DNA of 61,127 bases, filler included, from Platydemus manokwari (taxonomy: Eukaryota), in assembly GCA_037951405.1 (NCBI GenBank). It is 6 parts of 6 records of this genome, joined end to end, with 100 filler letters (N's around TTAATTAATTAA, not from the genome) between each part and the next. Parts side by side here need not be neighbours in the genome. Positions count along the whole stretch, not along the records: positions 19,760 to 29,026 come from JBBMOY011274428.1; positions 29,127 to 40,191 come from JBBMOY010933308.1; positions 40,292 to 50,972 come from JBBMOY011104998.1; 3 more parts are not named here. One strand, 5' to 3'. This document shows, piece after piece, positions 27,011 through 40,879 of the stretch. Positions within the stretch are counted from its first letter, which is position 1. Every line of letters starts with the position of its first letter. The notes under the pieces were generated by a model that saw only the letters and a list, made by a program, of their open reading frames with translations, was not told the origin of the DNA and ran no database searches. Position numbers and translations under genes: made by a program.

Positions 27011-27413
27011 CAATCTGTAAGCCCCATCAGCACCTCAGTTAAAGGGATATAGGACTTGTTGATCTCTCGGAGAATTCAAGAAACATAGCTGATACAATAG
27101 TGACGATATTTTCATGACATGAATAATGGCCCATTTCGGCCTTTTATTGGCCTCATCAGTGCTTCCAACCAGAGACAGATAGAGCTAAAAGAAATCTGAA
27201 AAATTCCAATTCAGAGACCAATTGATCAAGTAACTAAAAACCCAGGATTACTATATTGTGACCAAAGAACCATGCAAAATCTGACTCGATTTAAAAGTGT
27301 TGACAGACATTATAAATTTTCTCGCCTTATTGCCGTCTGGACAAATCCGGCCAAAGTTTGAAAATATAATAAAATTTAATTAATGAGTCTAATTAATATA
27401 GGTTTACAGATTG
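27011..27413. mobile_element. Non-autonomous TIR element (MITE-like, 403 bp)
   Basis: 13-bp inverted termini CAATCTGTAAGCC (27011-27023) and GGTTTACAGATTG (27401-27413), one mismatch; AG lies on both flanks (possible 2-bp TSD). Confidence 0.55.
27064..27176 (-). ncRNA. Type I hammerhead ribozyme motif (core and stem II intact, cleavage site disrupted)
   Basis: Minus strand reads tctctgg-ttg-gaagca-CTGATGA-GGCC-aataaaa-GGCC-GAAA-tgggcca... and later TA-tgtttc-ttgaattct-ccgagaga. Core boxes at 27153-27159 and 27134-27137; 4-bp GC stem II; stem I gaagca/tgtttc plus distal tctctgg/ccgagaga. Confidence 0.6.
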
Positions 27414-29026
27414 AGCTGCGACTGCGGCTCAATCAAATAATAGTTATATTTATAATTAATTATATTTATTATATAAAGTACGTATTATCAACTAGTATAA
27501 TTAGTTGATAAATATCATATTAAATTTTACAAATACTTTGTTTAAATTAATTAGATATCAAGTGTAATGGAAATATATTATTTTACGCTGTTTCATGTTT
27601 TTTGGAGTACTATAGTATGCAGGCATTAGGTTACCACATTTAAGTAGATTTTGTGCTTTAAATTCATTGTTTTATTCAAGTAAACATTATTATTTCATTT
27701 GGCTTTAATTCGGTGCCCATTTAGCTAAATTCTGCATATTAAACAAATACGAAAAGTGCCAAAATAGTGGTTCCAAGTTGCAAAATCGTTTTTCTTTTGG
27801 AAGATTACCCCTCTACTCAGCTATATCAATGGATTTTATATAATAATTAATTTTTTAAATATTTAGTGCTATTTTTGTGAGACTTTATTTATTACACACA
27901 TAATTTTAAAACCAAATTCCTTTTCTAATCACAGCACTGTATTCATTTTTGATTTTGCAAATTTAATTTTTTGTTTACAATTCGACCCAGTAAACAACAA
28001 ATATATTTAAAAATCCAACATTAGTTGTTTTTATAAAGCAATTATAAAAAATAGTCTCTAAATTTGATTATAAAATTAAAAATAAGTAAATTTTCAATAT
28101 AATGTAAGTTGACTTTCTTTGACCAGATTTTGGAAATAATATGATTATGGAATATTTCAAAGCTCTATTTATGTTATGTTTGATATAAAAAGCTAAAATT
28201 CTGCTTAATACACGAATTTACTTTGCCATATTGACACCAAGTAAAAGGGCTAGCTGAATGAATGATCACAATAGTTTAGGATATGTTAATTAGCAATCCT
28301 GGATTTAAAAGAAATACCCATAGGGTAAAATTATCCATCGAGTAGTATTTCTCTTCGATGCAACATAAAATACATCAATTCAGCATTCCTCATTGAAATT
28401 TTATTTAGAAATTGAATATATTGTTGGGTTACATAGGTGTATAATAATTATAATAGGTGTATCAGACTTTTAATAAGATTAAAGCTGTTCTCACGTAAAA
28501 GGTTAATTGACTACTTTTGAAGGTTTGATTTTACCCAACACAATTGAGCTCTTTATTAATGGTTCACCTGACCCCAAAAGGTGTATGTTTATAAATATGA
28601 ACGTATTAAAGTAATAAGATATAAATAGAACAGATTGTAAATAAAATAACAATTAATAACTTTATAATTGGTTAACAATTTTAAAGAATGAACAACGCTG
28701 ATTAACAATAATTATTATAACAAATAACCAGATATTTGATAAGAGAGCGCTTGCTAATTAATTATTAAATCAGACTCTATCTTGGTAGAGGCATAATTTA
28801 TTCGACTTCATATGGTCTTGCCAATAAGAATCCTCAAGGATTTTGTCGATGGTTATTCCTAATGGCAGCTGAACCACTATTTTGGATTTGTTTTTAAAGT
28901 TAAGATTTTAATTATTTTATGTTCTAGTTGAATCGGGCTCAGACTAGAATTTTATAGCATTGTTAAAGATTGTCGGGTTGTCGATATAATAATTATAAGT
29001 TCAAATTACAAATGTACAGTTTGTAA

Positions 29027-29126
29027 NNNNNNNNNNNNNNNNNNNNNNNNNNNNNNNNNNNNNNNNNNNNTTAATTAATTAANNNNNNNNNNNNNNNNNN
29101 NNNNNNNNNNNNNNNNNNNNNNNNNN
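29027..29126. other. Artificial contig spacer
   Basis: N44-TTAATTAATTAA-N44. Confidence 0.99.
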
Positions 29127-29573
29127 TAGTATTCCTATTAATTCATGACGTTAAAGCCTCCATTATTTCCAATAATTATTAATAATATAATTAATAATAA
29201 TAGTATTAATATTATTATTATTATTCTAACATTATAGCTATTAATATTGCCATCAAATATAAGCAAAAAACTTTTTAAATTTTATATAATTTAACTTAAA
29301 AATTACATATATTGTGACATAAAAATTGTTATAATTCTCCATAGAAATTGTAACAAAATAAAGGGAAACATATCACAATTATCTGATAGCACAATTAACT
29401 CCAATAAATAATTTATCAGATCGACCAATATTCTATGTATTATTTATATTTTTAAACAATTGCATTTCATCTAAACAATCATCGAAACAGCGGAAAATTG
29501 TTTCATCAATTGTTAAAATCAAAAAGCATTTAGAGAAATTTCCCACCGCTTCAAGCATCAGAGTGGCGCCAAA

Positions 29574-30017
29574 CTACATCCTATCATGGTAACATTTTCT
29601 CATCAATTAATTTATTCACATGGATTCGCTTGATATAATGAAACTAACTTAAGCAAATGGCGTCGCCGCTGCGCACCCCAGTAGTCTTTAGCTAACAATT
29701 GTTCTGCTATATTAGAATTCAGTGTCTCTCTAGTATCAAACCGTTAAACGTCATCCAGCCATGCATATTAATAGATAAGTATCTTACGATCTCTTCCAAT
29801 CACCCAATTGAGTAGGCACTCTCCCGTGTCGATTACTGGTAAATTGAAAAATTAAGTTAATGTAGTGTCTATTACTTGTGGAGACATGAACCGTGAGAAC
29901 TGCCATTATCAATGCCTTCATCTATGTAGTAGTTTACATTCTATATTGTTTATTAGGGCCAATCGTTAACCGCTTGATATTCTTATTAGATATTCATTAT
30001 CGTTTTGACTCTGTTGC
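29574..30017 (-). CDS. 3' end of an unidentified protein-coding gene built from micro-exons
   Basis: Exons 30017-29971, 29921-29876, 29835-29788, 29729-29649, 29580-29574, with GT-AG introns of 49, 40, 58 and 68 nt and all phases consistent. Product: ..QQSQNDNEYLIRISSDEGIDNGSSHGSCLHNNRHGRVPTQLGDWKRSETLNSNIAEQLLAKDYWGAQRRRHLLKM*. Confidence 0.75.
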
Positions 30018-32799
30018 CTGAGAAAAATATGTCATCAAATTTTAAGAAACTTTCGTTTGAAATTAATTTTTATCATCAAATATATTTGATACGAATTAAA
30101 TTGGGTTTGGTTTTATTCAACTCATAAAAACGATGGATATATATTTTTTGTCCATATTTTTCTTTGTTTGAATGGTTGGGTTGTTTTTGGGAAAATTAAT
30201 TTATAAACCAATAATGATCATGTTTTATTTACGTTTTTGAGATCGTTTTTTTTCTTTTTCTGGAAGAAAGAAACAATGTTTTAATTATTAGTAGATGTTT
30301 ATTTATCTTAGTCAATGTGTCGATTATCGGCGCACTCTGAAACATCTGTATGGTGTGTGTGGGTACATATATTGCCATATAATTAATTATTGAGGCTTTA
30401 TTTGATATTTAATATTATTTTTTGTTTTAATTGATATCTTTTAATATTTAAATCACAAGGTTAAATATTATTAAATAGAATTACACCGGTAATTGATTTT
30501 GTCATTTAGCAAGAGTTGTAACATTATGGAGAATGCCTGAAATTGACAGAGGCTTTCGTTCCATAAATCTCTTGAAGTGCATTGATTCCGTAATCCATAG
30601 AATTATTTTATTGAGCTAATTCTATATTTATAATAATACACACATGCAAGATAGATACACATACAGCCAAAATAAGGCTCGACTGTAGAACACCGGTAAG
30701 ATCAAATTGTTTTCTAGTCATACAAATGTTTCTTAATAGGCAGCCATTTCCTCAATTGGAGGATTGATCTGCACTATGCGTCCGCAGACTCTCAGGTCAG
30801 ATTGTTGAGAATCCGATTGGCTGAGCAACAGGACCATTTGATGCCTTTTGTCTTTCAGTTACTGGAGGATACTTTTCGCACTTCCGAGCACCGACGATGG
30901 TTATGACTTACCATCGACTCAACAGGGAGATATGCTCACTTTAATGGTTGAAAATTCGTAATCTGATTCGTACAGAAGGATATCTTAAATATTTTTTGTA
31001 GAACTATATGGTTAGATATGGTTATAATCAATACCACTCAGGGAGAATAAGATGTAAATATTGAGTCATGAGTAGGTAAGGTTTGTCAAGTCTTAAGACC
31101 AGGCAAGGAAGTCCGGTAAGAGAAAGTAAAAATCGGTAAGTGAAAGCAAAGATCGGTAATTTGGGGCTAATTATGTGACGAATTAATTAGATGAAGTGAT
31201 GAGTGATATGACAGTGCTATTGATGTTAATTAGGAGAGATAGTGATAATGATGATGATTCTACTTATTATAATAATTACTTTTAGGATTGTGATAAAGCT
31301 AATATATAACAATACAAATACCACGGAAAGACTGAGAATTTACTTTTCACTTACTTAAATTAATTCTTTATCAACATTAATTAATTCTTGACCTAATTTA
31401 ATATAGATTTTAATCTTACTATTGACCTTGCTATGGTCCGTTATTGTTTTTAAACGATCAGCACACAAATAGAGTCATTGGGAATTTTGAGTTATTTTCC
31501 AATACTTTATGTAGGATTGATATTTTGAGTGAGATTAAGAAGTAGACACTGACTAATTTTTTTACCCATCATTACAGGTGTCCAAGTTAGATTAAAGTAG
31601 GTTGTGGTGTTTGCAGTCAGAGTCGATTAATTTTCTTGTTTATTCTACAAGTCTGGCTACTTGAAAAATACTCTCATCAAGACTCCACTAAATCACATCA
31701 CAATCTTCTCATTTCCTCTATGTTATTTAATAGATATTAATCTCAACATTTGATCTTTCATCGACAAATCTTACAACGGAACCAACTCCATTGGTAACCA
31801 ATTGGAAATCATCCGACCTTTGAATGGCATTATTTTCTACCATTACATTAATTATGTCTAATTTTCCTGTAATTATTTCTGTTTTGCATTGCACAGATTT
31901 TTTTTGTTACCTCGATTATCTCTAACAGATTGAACTGACATATAGGCTGTGGTTGTCGTTTAATGAATGGTGGATGATTTTTATAATTCCATTTAACAGC
32001 CACCGATGAAGTGAAGCGTGGAACAACATAAATTCACTTAATCGCCAAATATCAGTGTAACAAACAAAACTGCTACTAAAATCTTCATTCACTCTTTCGA
32101 AACATTGAACCAATAATTGTCATTGCTAAAAACTGATCGTAAAGACAAGTTATGAAACTAGATAGTTACACGGAAAGGGATTTGTTGTAAAATTGAAATA
32201 CTTTTTCTCCTACTACATCTATCTTCGGTATCGGTTCAGATACGTCGTTTGCGAGTAAATATATATATTTGGTTATATTTTTTTTATCTGACACTCATCC
32301 ACCACAATTATACAGTTTTTCGAAATTAGGTAATTACAAAGTTTTTATTATTCATTGAAAGTATTTATTAATAATTAAGCTGAACGATTTTTCTTCGACT
32401 TATTCAGAGAAGTTATTTTTGATTTCGTCATTCGTTTCAGTTCCCACCGACTTTTAGTCCGAGTTAAGGAACCATGGACGAAACCATTTAGAGTCGCTAT
32501 ATTGTATTAAACTAATAGTTTTGTCCATACTGATTTCTACACTCAAAAGCAGAAATAATGTGGTAATTAAATAGTTCCTTTCAACCGTTTGAGTAGGCTG
32601 TACAAGCTGTGGTGACAGTAAGAGTGATAGATGAGAACACCAACACTACTGAACAAGAATAAATATTTTTGCAACACCAAAACTGGTACTAAACTAAACA
32701 ATTGTAGAACATCTTCAATAATAGTACTTGAGTTACTGTTTATCTCACAATATTTTACAGTTACAATCACGGTGGATATGAGTCGACTATATTTCAATA

Positions 32800-33030
32800 T
32801 TATCATTATTGTTATTATTATTATAACAATAATTATTATTTTACTATAGTTATAATTATTATTATCATTATTAATGTTGTTATAATTATAATTATTATTA
32901 TTATTATATTACTATTAATATAGTTATAATTATAATAATAAATGTTATTATTATTTTACTATTAATAAAGTTATAATTATATTATTGTTATCAATATTAT
33001 CCTTATTATTAGTGCTATTATTATTATTTT
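32800..33030. repeat. Degenerate (TTA/ATT)n microsatellite-like tract
   Basis: Long run of ttattattat/tataat units; similar shorter tracts lie near 8000-8060 and 13740-13790. Confidence 0.85.
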
Positions 33031-34400
33031 AATTCTCAGAATTACGCGATTCTAGAATATTGAACTTACTAAACCAATAACATTTGATGGAGTTTTAATT
33101 GTGTGCTTGTACCGCGCTTGATTAAACTGTAATGTAAAATGAGACTATGGCTAAGTTTCCCCTAATAATCGGGTTCAGTAAATGTTAAGTGGCATGTGTA
33201 AATCACTGACAAAAATTAAGGTGACTAAATTTTATTATTATTACCATATGAATCTATAATATTGATAATTATACAGTGGCATTGTAGAGGTGAAGAGTCC
33301 TACAAAGTGGTTTTGAAGAATAACAGCATCAAGACTAAAGTAACCGACTCTTATAAAATAAAAAGAAGTAGAGATTGGAATTTTATTTGAAAGTGTCGAC
33401 GTCTTGCTTATACTTATAATATTAATCAACCTCCTCGGGGATGATAATCTTAAAGTTACCCATAATACTGAGCAAATATTTGACAAAAAAGAAATTCCTG
33501 GAATGAATGGCTTCAAAATATTTCAATTGGGTTTCGACATTCACTTGTTGTTTAATCTTGTTCTGACTCTTTCTGTCTTGTTTTTTTAATTTATACTTGC
33601 TTAGTTATCGATTCTAGTTCACATAAATAGTATGGAATTAAACCATATTAAGAGGAATTTGTGACATTGACGTATTCCGCCAAATACCAGCATTTAAATT
33701 CGGAATTAAAAGTCGTTACAGAAGAATTTCGATTACTGATGCCTGAAGTTTTTTTAATGCCACTCCAAATAGCAGCATTCCAACAACTACCGAGCATTGA
33801 AAATTGTTTTGAAATATATGATTTTATAACGCGCACATTGTATATAATTATTTTTTTTATTCCCTAATTTTATGTTACTACATTGGTCGTTATGCTTCGG
33901 TTCGTAGCGATTTAAGCAATTTTGTCATCAATTGATTTCACCAATATTGTTTGAATCATCATATAACGCATGGTAAAAACAAAATATTAAAATTGAAAAA
34001 TTCAATATGAAATGATACGTTGGGACGAAGTGAATTCCAAAAATTTTAAAGGCGATTCATATTTCCATGGTGACGAAATTTTATTTATGAAAATATTTGA
34101 TAATGTCATTGTTATCGATTTTTATAACTGTTTTAACAACTATTATTATTATTATTATTATCGTCATCGTTGGAATCCATACTCCAATTTACTATAATCG
34201 ATTTATCAGTTTTTAAATCATTTATTTGTGATCAACCAATATTTCGCATCAATAGGTTTCCGATTACTTTATCGTTTGGAAATAAATAGTTTGAAATCTA
34301 TCTGAAGATTTTATTGATTTTCTGCTACTCTTCATTGAATGTAATTGGTAGAAGTAATCGAATAAAATAATATTATATTATTATATTTATTTTCACGTAC

Positions 34401-34528
34401 TATCTTTTTTATTATTATGTATAGCATAGCGGCAAATTTAGGCTTTGAAGTTGTGTTTTGACCAACAATGTTCCTCATGTCAGCTTGAGTGGGAGCCAAG
34501 ATAAATGGATTGTCGCGCTTTACCCAAG
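34401..34528 (-). CDS. Candidate internal coding exon, possibly upstream part of the gene ending at 29574
   Basis: ttctaag| ct TGG GTA ... AAG ATA |gtacgt. Only one frame is open: WVKRDNPFILAPTQADMRNIVGQNTTSKPKFAAMLYIIIKKI. Linkage to the downstream exons is not shown. Confidence 0.35.
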
Positions 34529-36059
34529 CTTAGAATAGTTGAGCTAAAAACAACCCATATAAATAACATCGAATGCGATTTGTTTATTTTAATATTTTTC
34601 TGTATTCCAGTAATTTTCCAATATGTAATTATTTTTTATTAATTTCAACACATAATATTTATTTTAAATTTTTATGTTTTCCTTGTGTGATGTGTGTAAT
34701 TCTTCTGTCATCAATAACAGTTTCCTTCTGGCTCGTGAACAGTTACATATCCAGTTTGATTGAATAATTTATTCATTAAATACTTGTGACAAATTGAGAG
34801 AGATAATTTTTTCTGCATCATCGATAACTCTACTTTCCATGTATTTTGTCAGAGCGCTACTTCAATTAAATTTATTGGTTTTAAAGTGGCAGACAACTCA
34901 AAGAGTTGCGGCAAAAAATATAATTTTTATAAATGAAAATAATTTCAAGTCTGTTTACGCTTGGCAACTGGATCAAATTATAATTGAAGAATTCGTTCAA
35001 CGTGCGTTGAGACATCGATTGGAGAAGTACAAAAAAGAGAATAAACGTTGTTTTTTTTCCCTAGTAGAATAATAGTATTTGCCATGGAATGCATACACGC
35101 ATAGGCGCCACAGAAAATATCCCAGAAATAAAACTGGAGAAATAATCGAATTAAAAAATATATTTTTAATTTAATATATTTATATTTCGAACATATCCCT
35201 CAATGTTCATTTTATAATATTATAATGAGCGAACCAATCGCTACTTAGAAATATAATTCTCATCTTGCGCTACGGTTACTAATGTAGTCATGGAGAATAC
35301 ATGCGAACATTGGCAAATTTCTTACAAAACTCGATTAAAGGCTTGATGATCACTTTCGATTTTTTTAATTGAACTTCATTCCTTTAAAGGATCTCCTATA
35401 TTTATTCAAATTTATCCAGGTATTAAGATTTGGTCATGTTGGGGTATTAAACCCTTCTATCATATTGGCAATAGGATAATTACTCATCCACTCGGTAAGC
35501 TACTATAAGAGTTGTAACTTCGTACACTGACTAAATTAATATACGATAAGATAATAAACGAAAAAGTATAATGAGTGATACAAACAATTAATAAAGCACT
35601 TTCGATTCTGCAATAAGTGGAGATATGTCGATAATCAGCAGCAAAGATTGTGAGCAATTTATTAATAATGGAAACAAATAACGTGTGCTAGTTATTTTTT
35701 ATTAAAAAAATAAACAAAAGACCTTATCGACTAGACGAAATGGATTATCAGCAAATATTGAAACCATGTAGCAGTGCGAGATTAGTGAAGACAGGCGTAA
35801 TTTCGATTTAATATATTACGATTCAATATTATTGTTCCGTTATAAGACTTATTAATAATTCTTTAATATTTTTAAACTTGGGGTTATTGTGGTTATTTAT
35901 CATGTTTATTTATAATTAACCTTAACGACAATTTCCATTACAACCCCAGGTAGTAATGATTCTTGTGGTTTTGATCATCCATCGACTCGATCACTTTATC
36001 ACTTGTATGAAGTTGATGTAAGTAGTGTTGTACAGTGTATTTATTTATTATAAATTTGT

Positions 36060-36640
36060 TAATATGCTTCTTGATAAACATTTTTTAGGGTTTCATTATT
36101 ATATTTAATTTTCTTATGAACCCGATTGTTTACCAATCTCTTTATTAAATTTAAACCACACTTGTCTCTTAATAAAAGATGGTGGATTGATAATGTAGAT
36201 GACAATTTATTAGGAAAATGTGAGGACAACTTTGAGGTCAATCGAAATTTCAAAACTAAATGATTTCAATAAAACATTTCTTGCTGTATAAAATGAATAC
36301 ACCAAATCACAATAATAACATTTGGAACAATACAGTTTGCAATACTATTATATGCCAAAACGTCAGAGATTTTATTCACAGTTTCTGGAAACTTTTGGTT
36401 AATATTCTTCACAGGACCACAAAACCGGTATTCAAGAAATTTGATAAATAAGAAGAATATTCGTATGAATATATACCTATGTGAGATTTTGCACAATAGT
36501 AGGTTGCGGTTTACTGATATCCTGGCAATGACAGAAGAATTATTGGCACTTCAAGTATGTATAATTGGCATGCAATTGAGTGGCCAAAATGTCTTCGAGA
36601 ATTTGAAATTTCTTCTGATTCCAGCCGGAGATTAAATTGT
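36060..36640 (-). mobile_element. Degenerate L1/Tx1-like LINE 3' region (zf-RVT-like)
   Basis: KISHRYIFIRIFFLFIKFLEYRFCGPVKNINQKFPETVNKI...IIVIW resembles the KILHR.I.T...L......C..C....ET..H...IW pattern. Confidence 0.4.
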
Positions 36641-39600
36641 TATACTGACATTCGTCTATGTCTTATGGTCCTACTTATACTTTGCTGAATTTAATTCATT
36701 TTGTTATTTTATTGTTCAATTTTTTCAATAAAAGATAAGGACTTTTTATTTAAATGTGCTGGGAATCACAACCCAAGAGCCTTAAACAATCATTAAATCG
36801 ATATCAAGAAAAAAATTAACTAAAATTCCTTAATAACAAAAATTGTGGATCTTTTCGAGTCATAAATTAACAAATTTGATAAATTAACAAAACCCACAAT
36901 TCACTTAATCAAACTAAGTAATTTAAAATGACTTAAAATTAAAGGAAACACACGGTGGCTAAAAATAGCAAATTAAAATCAAAACCCAGTCATTCCGTGA
37001 ACGGCTGCCAGAATGAAAATTTATAAAAGAAAGGCCTAATTGGAAAAGAATGTCATAAAATCCTACTAACAAGTTTAGAAAGAAAATTTTTACCACAAAA
37101 TTTTCATTAACTACGAAAGAAATTAATTTCTGAGGTAAGAATTAAATTCTATTGATCGATGAAAAGCTTATTTAAGGTATACGGAATTGAAATTGATCTG
37201 TTCAACTTATTGTAGAAAATAGAGGAGTAACATTTTATTTTTGGTTGATACCACGCTCATTGAATCCAGTATTTATTTGTCTTAATCTAAACTTTCGTTT
37301 ACCTCCTTCTCTTTTGCCACCGTATCGTCAATTTTCTTCCTACCGATTGAATGAGTTAGTACTGTGCCGGTTCTGTGTTCCATATAGGTTAAGTAATTAA
37401 TAACACAAAAGCGACTATTTATCAGTTCATTGTATTTATTGGTATTCATTTGTTGCCAATAATTATATTATTACTATAATATTATATTATTATTTATTAA
37501 TAATTTTATTAAAATCTGCTAATTTTCTCCGCGACGAACGTAACTGGTCGTTGAAATCTAAATACACCTTTCAGTCAAATTCTAATAAATCCAAGAAATT
37601 TTTTGTTCTTCTTAAAAATATTTTTGTTGTTATTTGTTTGGAATTTTTGCTATTCAGAAAAATATATTTGTCATTCGAAATTCACTACCTTCTAGTTAAC
37701 TATCAGTTTATTTCCATAAACACGGAGTCTCTATCGGTTTTAATAATTAACAATTCATAGCTTTTATTCGAATGAATTTATGTTTAACTTAAATAGTAAT
37801 AATAATAATAATAATTATTATTATCCTTAATTTAACCTGTCTTTCAAAAGTCATACTAAAAATGAAAATATATTACGAGAATTTACGCACCATAGTTTTC
37901 AATACAGAAAGATAAAAATCCGTTTACAATAAGCTATGGTAAGCTTTAACATTTGGCTCAAAATTATCGCATATTTAAAATTCATATTCATTCATGAAGG
38001 CTATTTTTACATAACCTTAACAGTTATGTGGAACAGTATTTTTGAGAAATCTCATTCAATAAAAATGTAGAAAAATTGATATAAATGCACAAGTTGTTGT
38101 CCATAAAACCCTTGCTTTTTATTTTGGTTTGTGTTCTTATTCGAATTCATTGATGTTGGTTTCCTTGTCGTTTGAATGATCGTGATTGTCCAGCAACATC
38201 CAGCGTTTTTTAAATTAATCGCCAGCTTCTTTCAAGTCACTTGATTCTTTGAGTTGAACAAATCGCTCTGATTTTGTCCCGAAATTCCTTAAGTATTACT
38301 CTTGATACACTCCATCTATTCATTACAACAAAACACAGTGTAAGAATAAAGAATGATAATAATCACAAATTTTGTTTTCATAAAAGAAAAATCATGTTTA
38401 ACAATAACAATAAAACTACATTGATGATTACCATTTATGATTACTAGATTATTGCTAATAATTAAATTGTCAACTAATAGGCATCAAATCCCCAAAAAAC
38501 AATAAATATTATAAGTAACCTAAACCTAAAATTGTTAATCGCACTAAAAATGATCCTTTTCTTTTTTTATCAAAAAAGTAAATATTTTAAAATAGTATTT
38601 TTGGAATTGATGGTCTTTACTTGGGCTGTTAAATTTGAAGAATTTTTTATGTTTGACCAATACTGCATTTATGTTGACATCTTACGGCTGATTATGTTGA
38701 AGGGTTGATTAATCTGTGAAGTTTAAGCTAATATACACTATTTTAGTATTGAGGGTGATGAAATGAGATTGATTGAAATAATTAAGTCAATTAGAAGATG
38801 AATTATTGTGTGGTAAGAAGAATAAAAGGGAAAAATTTAAATAATGGATTGAAACAATTGGGAGATTTTAATTAATGATATATAATATTGGAGATAGGAC
38901 AATATTAGTTAAGGGATTTGAGTGGGTATGGGTTGATTCATAGTACAAGATTTAAAGCATCACGAATAAAGGTGGCTGTTTGAATATTAAATTATTGGCA
39001 TTAAATGAACGAAATAGTATCGATATTGTTAATTTATTTATATTGAATCAAAAAATATCAGTGCATAAATGTGCAACAGTCTTTTGAGAAGCTCTAAATA
39101 ATTGGTATCGGTGTCTTGTTTAACCTTAGCATTAAAATCAGGTTGATCGAATGGAATGGAATAAGTATAGAATAACTAAATAGACTTAAGTTACATTACA
39201 GTTTAAATTAAAATTAATCAAATCCTTAATTATTAAGTCACAAAATTTAAACTAAAAGGAACATTGATAACGATGAATAACCATTTGCATGAGGAAACTT
39301 TTTTCCACCAAAATTATTCAATAATACAAGGTATAGATGCAAGCTCCATGTCAGTATATAGTCACCACAATGTGGGAGTCTAAGTCATGTTCGTTTTTAT
39401 AAATGGCAAATTCTCTCAAAAATATTCATGAAATTTAAATCTATGTTAAAACACGATTGTAAGATATCTGTTTTCATACTTTGAATTAAAATAAAAGTTG
39501 ATTAAAGTATAAATTACAAAATAAATAATTTTATATAATTGAGCACTAAGTTTAAAAATTATTGTTTTGCATTTAAATCTTCTAAAAATTAAACACAATA

Positions 39601-39687
39601 AAAATTAAAAATCTAATGTAATCATAATTAATAAATATACTTTGTTTTAATAATTATCCTGTAATATAACTTTATTATTTAAAAATT

Positions 39688-40085
39688 ATGGTAAGTCAAA
39701 TGAATGTTATTAATAATGTTTCTTTATTAATAAATAATTTATAGGCTGCACATAAGTCATTTTTAATCAAGAAGAAGCTTGCAAAGAAGCAACAACAAAA
39801 TAGACCTATCCCACAATGGGTCAGACTTAAGACTGGAAACACCATTAAGTAATTATTAATATTGCATACTTAACCAAGTAAAGCCGGCAATTGTATTATT
39901 ATGTCAGTTGTGTGCATTTGCTTGGGATATCAATTGTTTAAGAAGAATAATTTTAACTTTGTTAATCTTGTTAAACTGACATTTACAATATTTAAATATC
40001 AAATATTTATTTCATTATTTTAATTTTTAATTTTAGGTATAACGCTAAAAGACGTCACTGGAGAAGAACCAAGTTGAAGTTCTAA
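39688..40085 (+). CDS. RPL39: 60S ribosomal protein L39 (eL39), 51 aa
   Basis: Exons 39688-39690 (ATG|gtaagt), 39745-39848, 40037-40085 give [57 protein letters not shown] follows the stop. Missed by the ORF track. Confidence 0.97.
39872..39990 (+). ncRNA. Candidate intronic box H/ACA snoRNA in RPL39 intron 2
   Basis: Hairpin 1 CCAAGTAAA/TTTGCTTGG with upper stem GCAATTG/CAGTTGT and an internal pocket 15 nt before H box ATATCA (39927-39932). Hairpin 2 GTTTAAGAAGAATAA/TTAATCTTGTTAAAC; ACA at 39985-39987 plus 3 nt. The intron is 188 nt versus about 50 nt for typical short introns here. Confidence 0.7.
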
Positions 40086-40191
40086 GCCTTTGATAATAAT
40101 AATAAAGATTTGGAATTTTAATGTGTTTATTTATTGAATTATAATGTTTGTGAAATTTTGTCAATAGTTAAAAATAGATAAATATTAAGCA

Positions 40192-40291
40192 NNNNNNNNN
40201 NNNNNNNNNNNNNNNNNNNNNNNNNNNNNNNNNNNTTAATTAATTAANNNNNNNNNNNNNNNNNNNNNNNNNNNNNNNNNNNNNNNNNNNN
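40192..40291. other. Artificial contig spacer
   Basis: N44-TTAATTAATTAA-N44. Confidence 0.99.
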
Positions 40292-40879
40292 AGAACTTAT
40301 TTTGGTAATTTGTATGAAACATAAAAGTATAAACTATCAATCATTTCTAACCTCTTCACCATAACCTATGGAAAAGAACGTTTGTGAGAAAAAATCTTAT
40401 TAAATCAAATAATTGTCTCATGAAATAATTTGCGATAATCGACATTACTTCTTTAAAATCTTTACCAACATAACGGATTTTCTTAAATCGAAATAATAAT
40501 ATAGCTATTATCAGATGATCCCATTAGTTCAACTCAAATTTCTACAACGATTTTACGACTGTAATCACAAATATTACTCCTGTATAATTCCATTTAATTG
40601 TATGTTTCCATCTTTCAATAGTGAGAGCTTGTTTCTGACGGCCATCAACAATAAGATGGGCGACAACGATTTTGTGAATAATAATTATTTCGTGTTGAAA
40701 TTTCCATTAAAATTGAAAATAAAATATAAAAGTACGAGATTATGATTTGAAAATAATTCACAGATTTGAGAATCAGTTATGAATATTTTCACTTGTTGCT
40801 CCAAACCTGAAAATACAGAACATTGTCCTAAATCTAAAATCAACACACGTGTAATTTCAAGACAATCCTTGATACTAAC

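Noticed and set aside
33130-33185. Other hammerhead-like strings (minus CTGAA-CCC..GGG-GAAAC here; also near 16510, 48630, 59358)
   Set aside because: Core nucleotides missing or no credible stem I/III.
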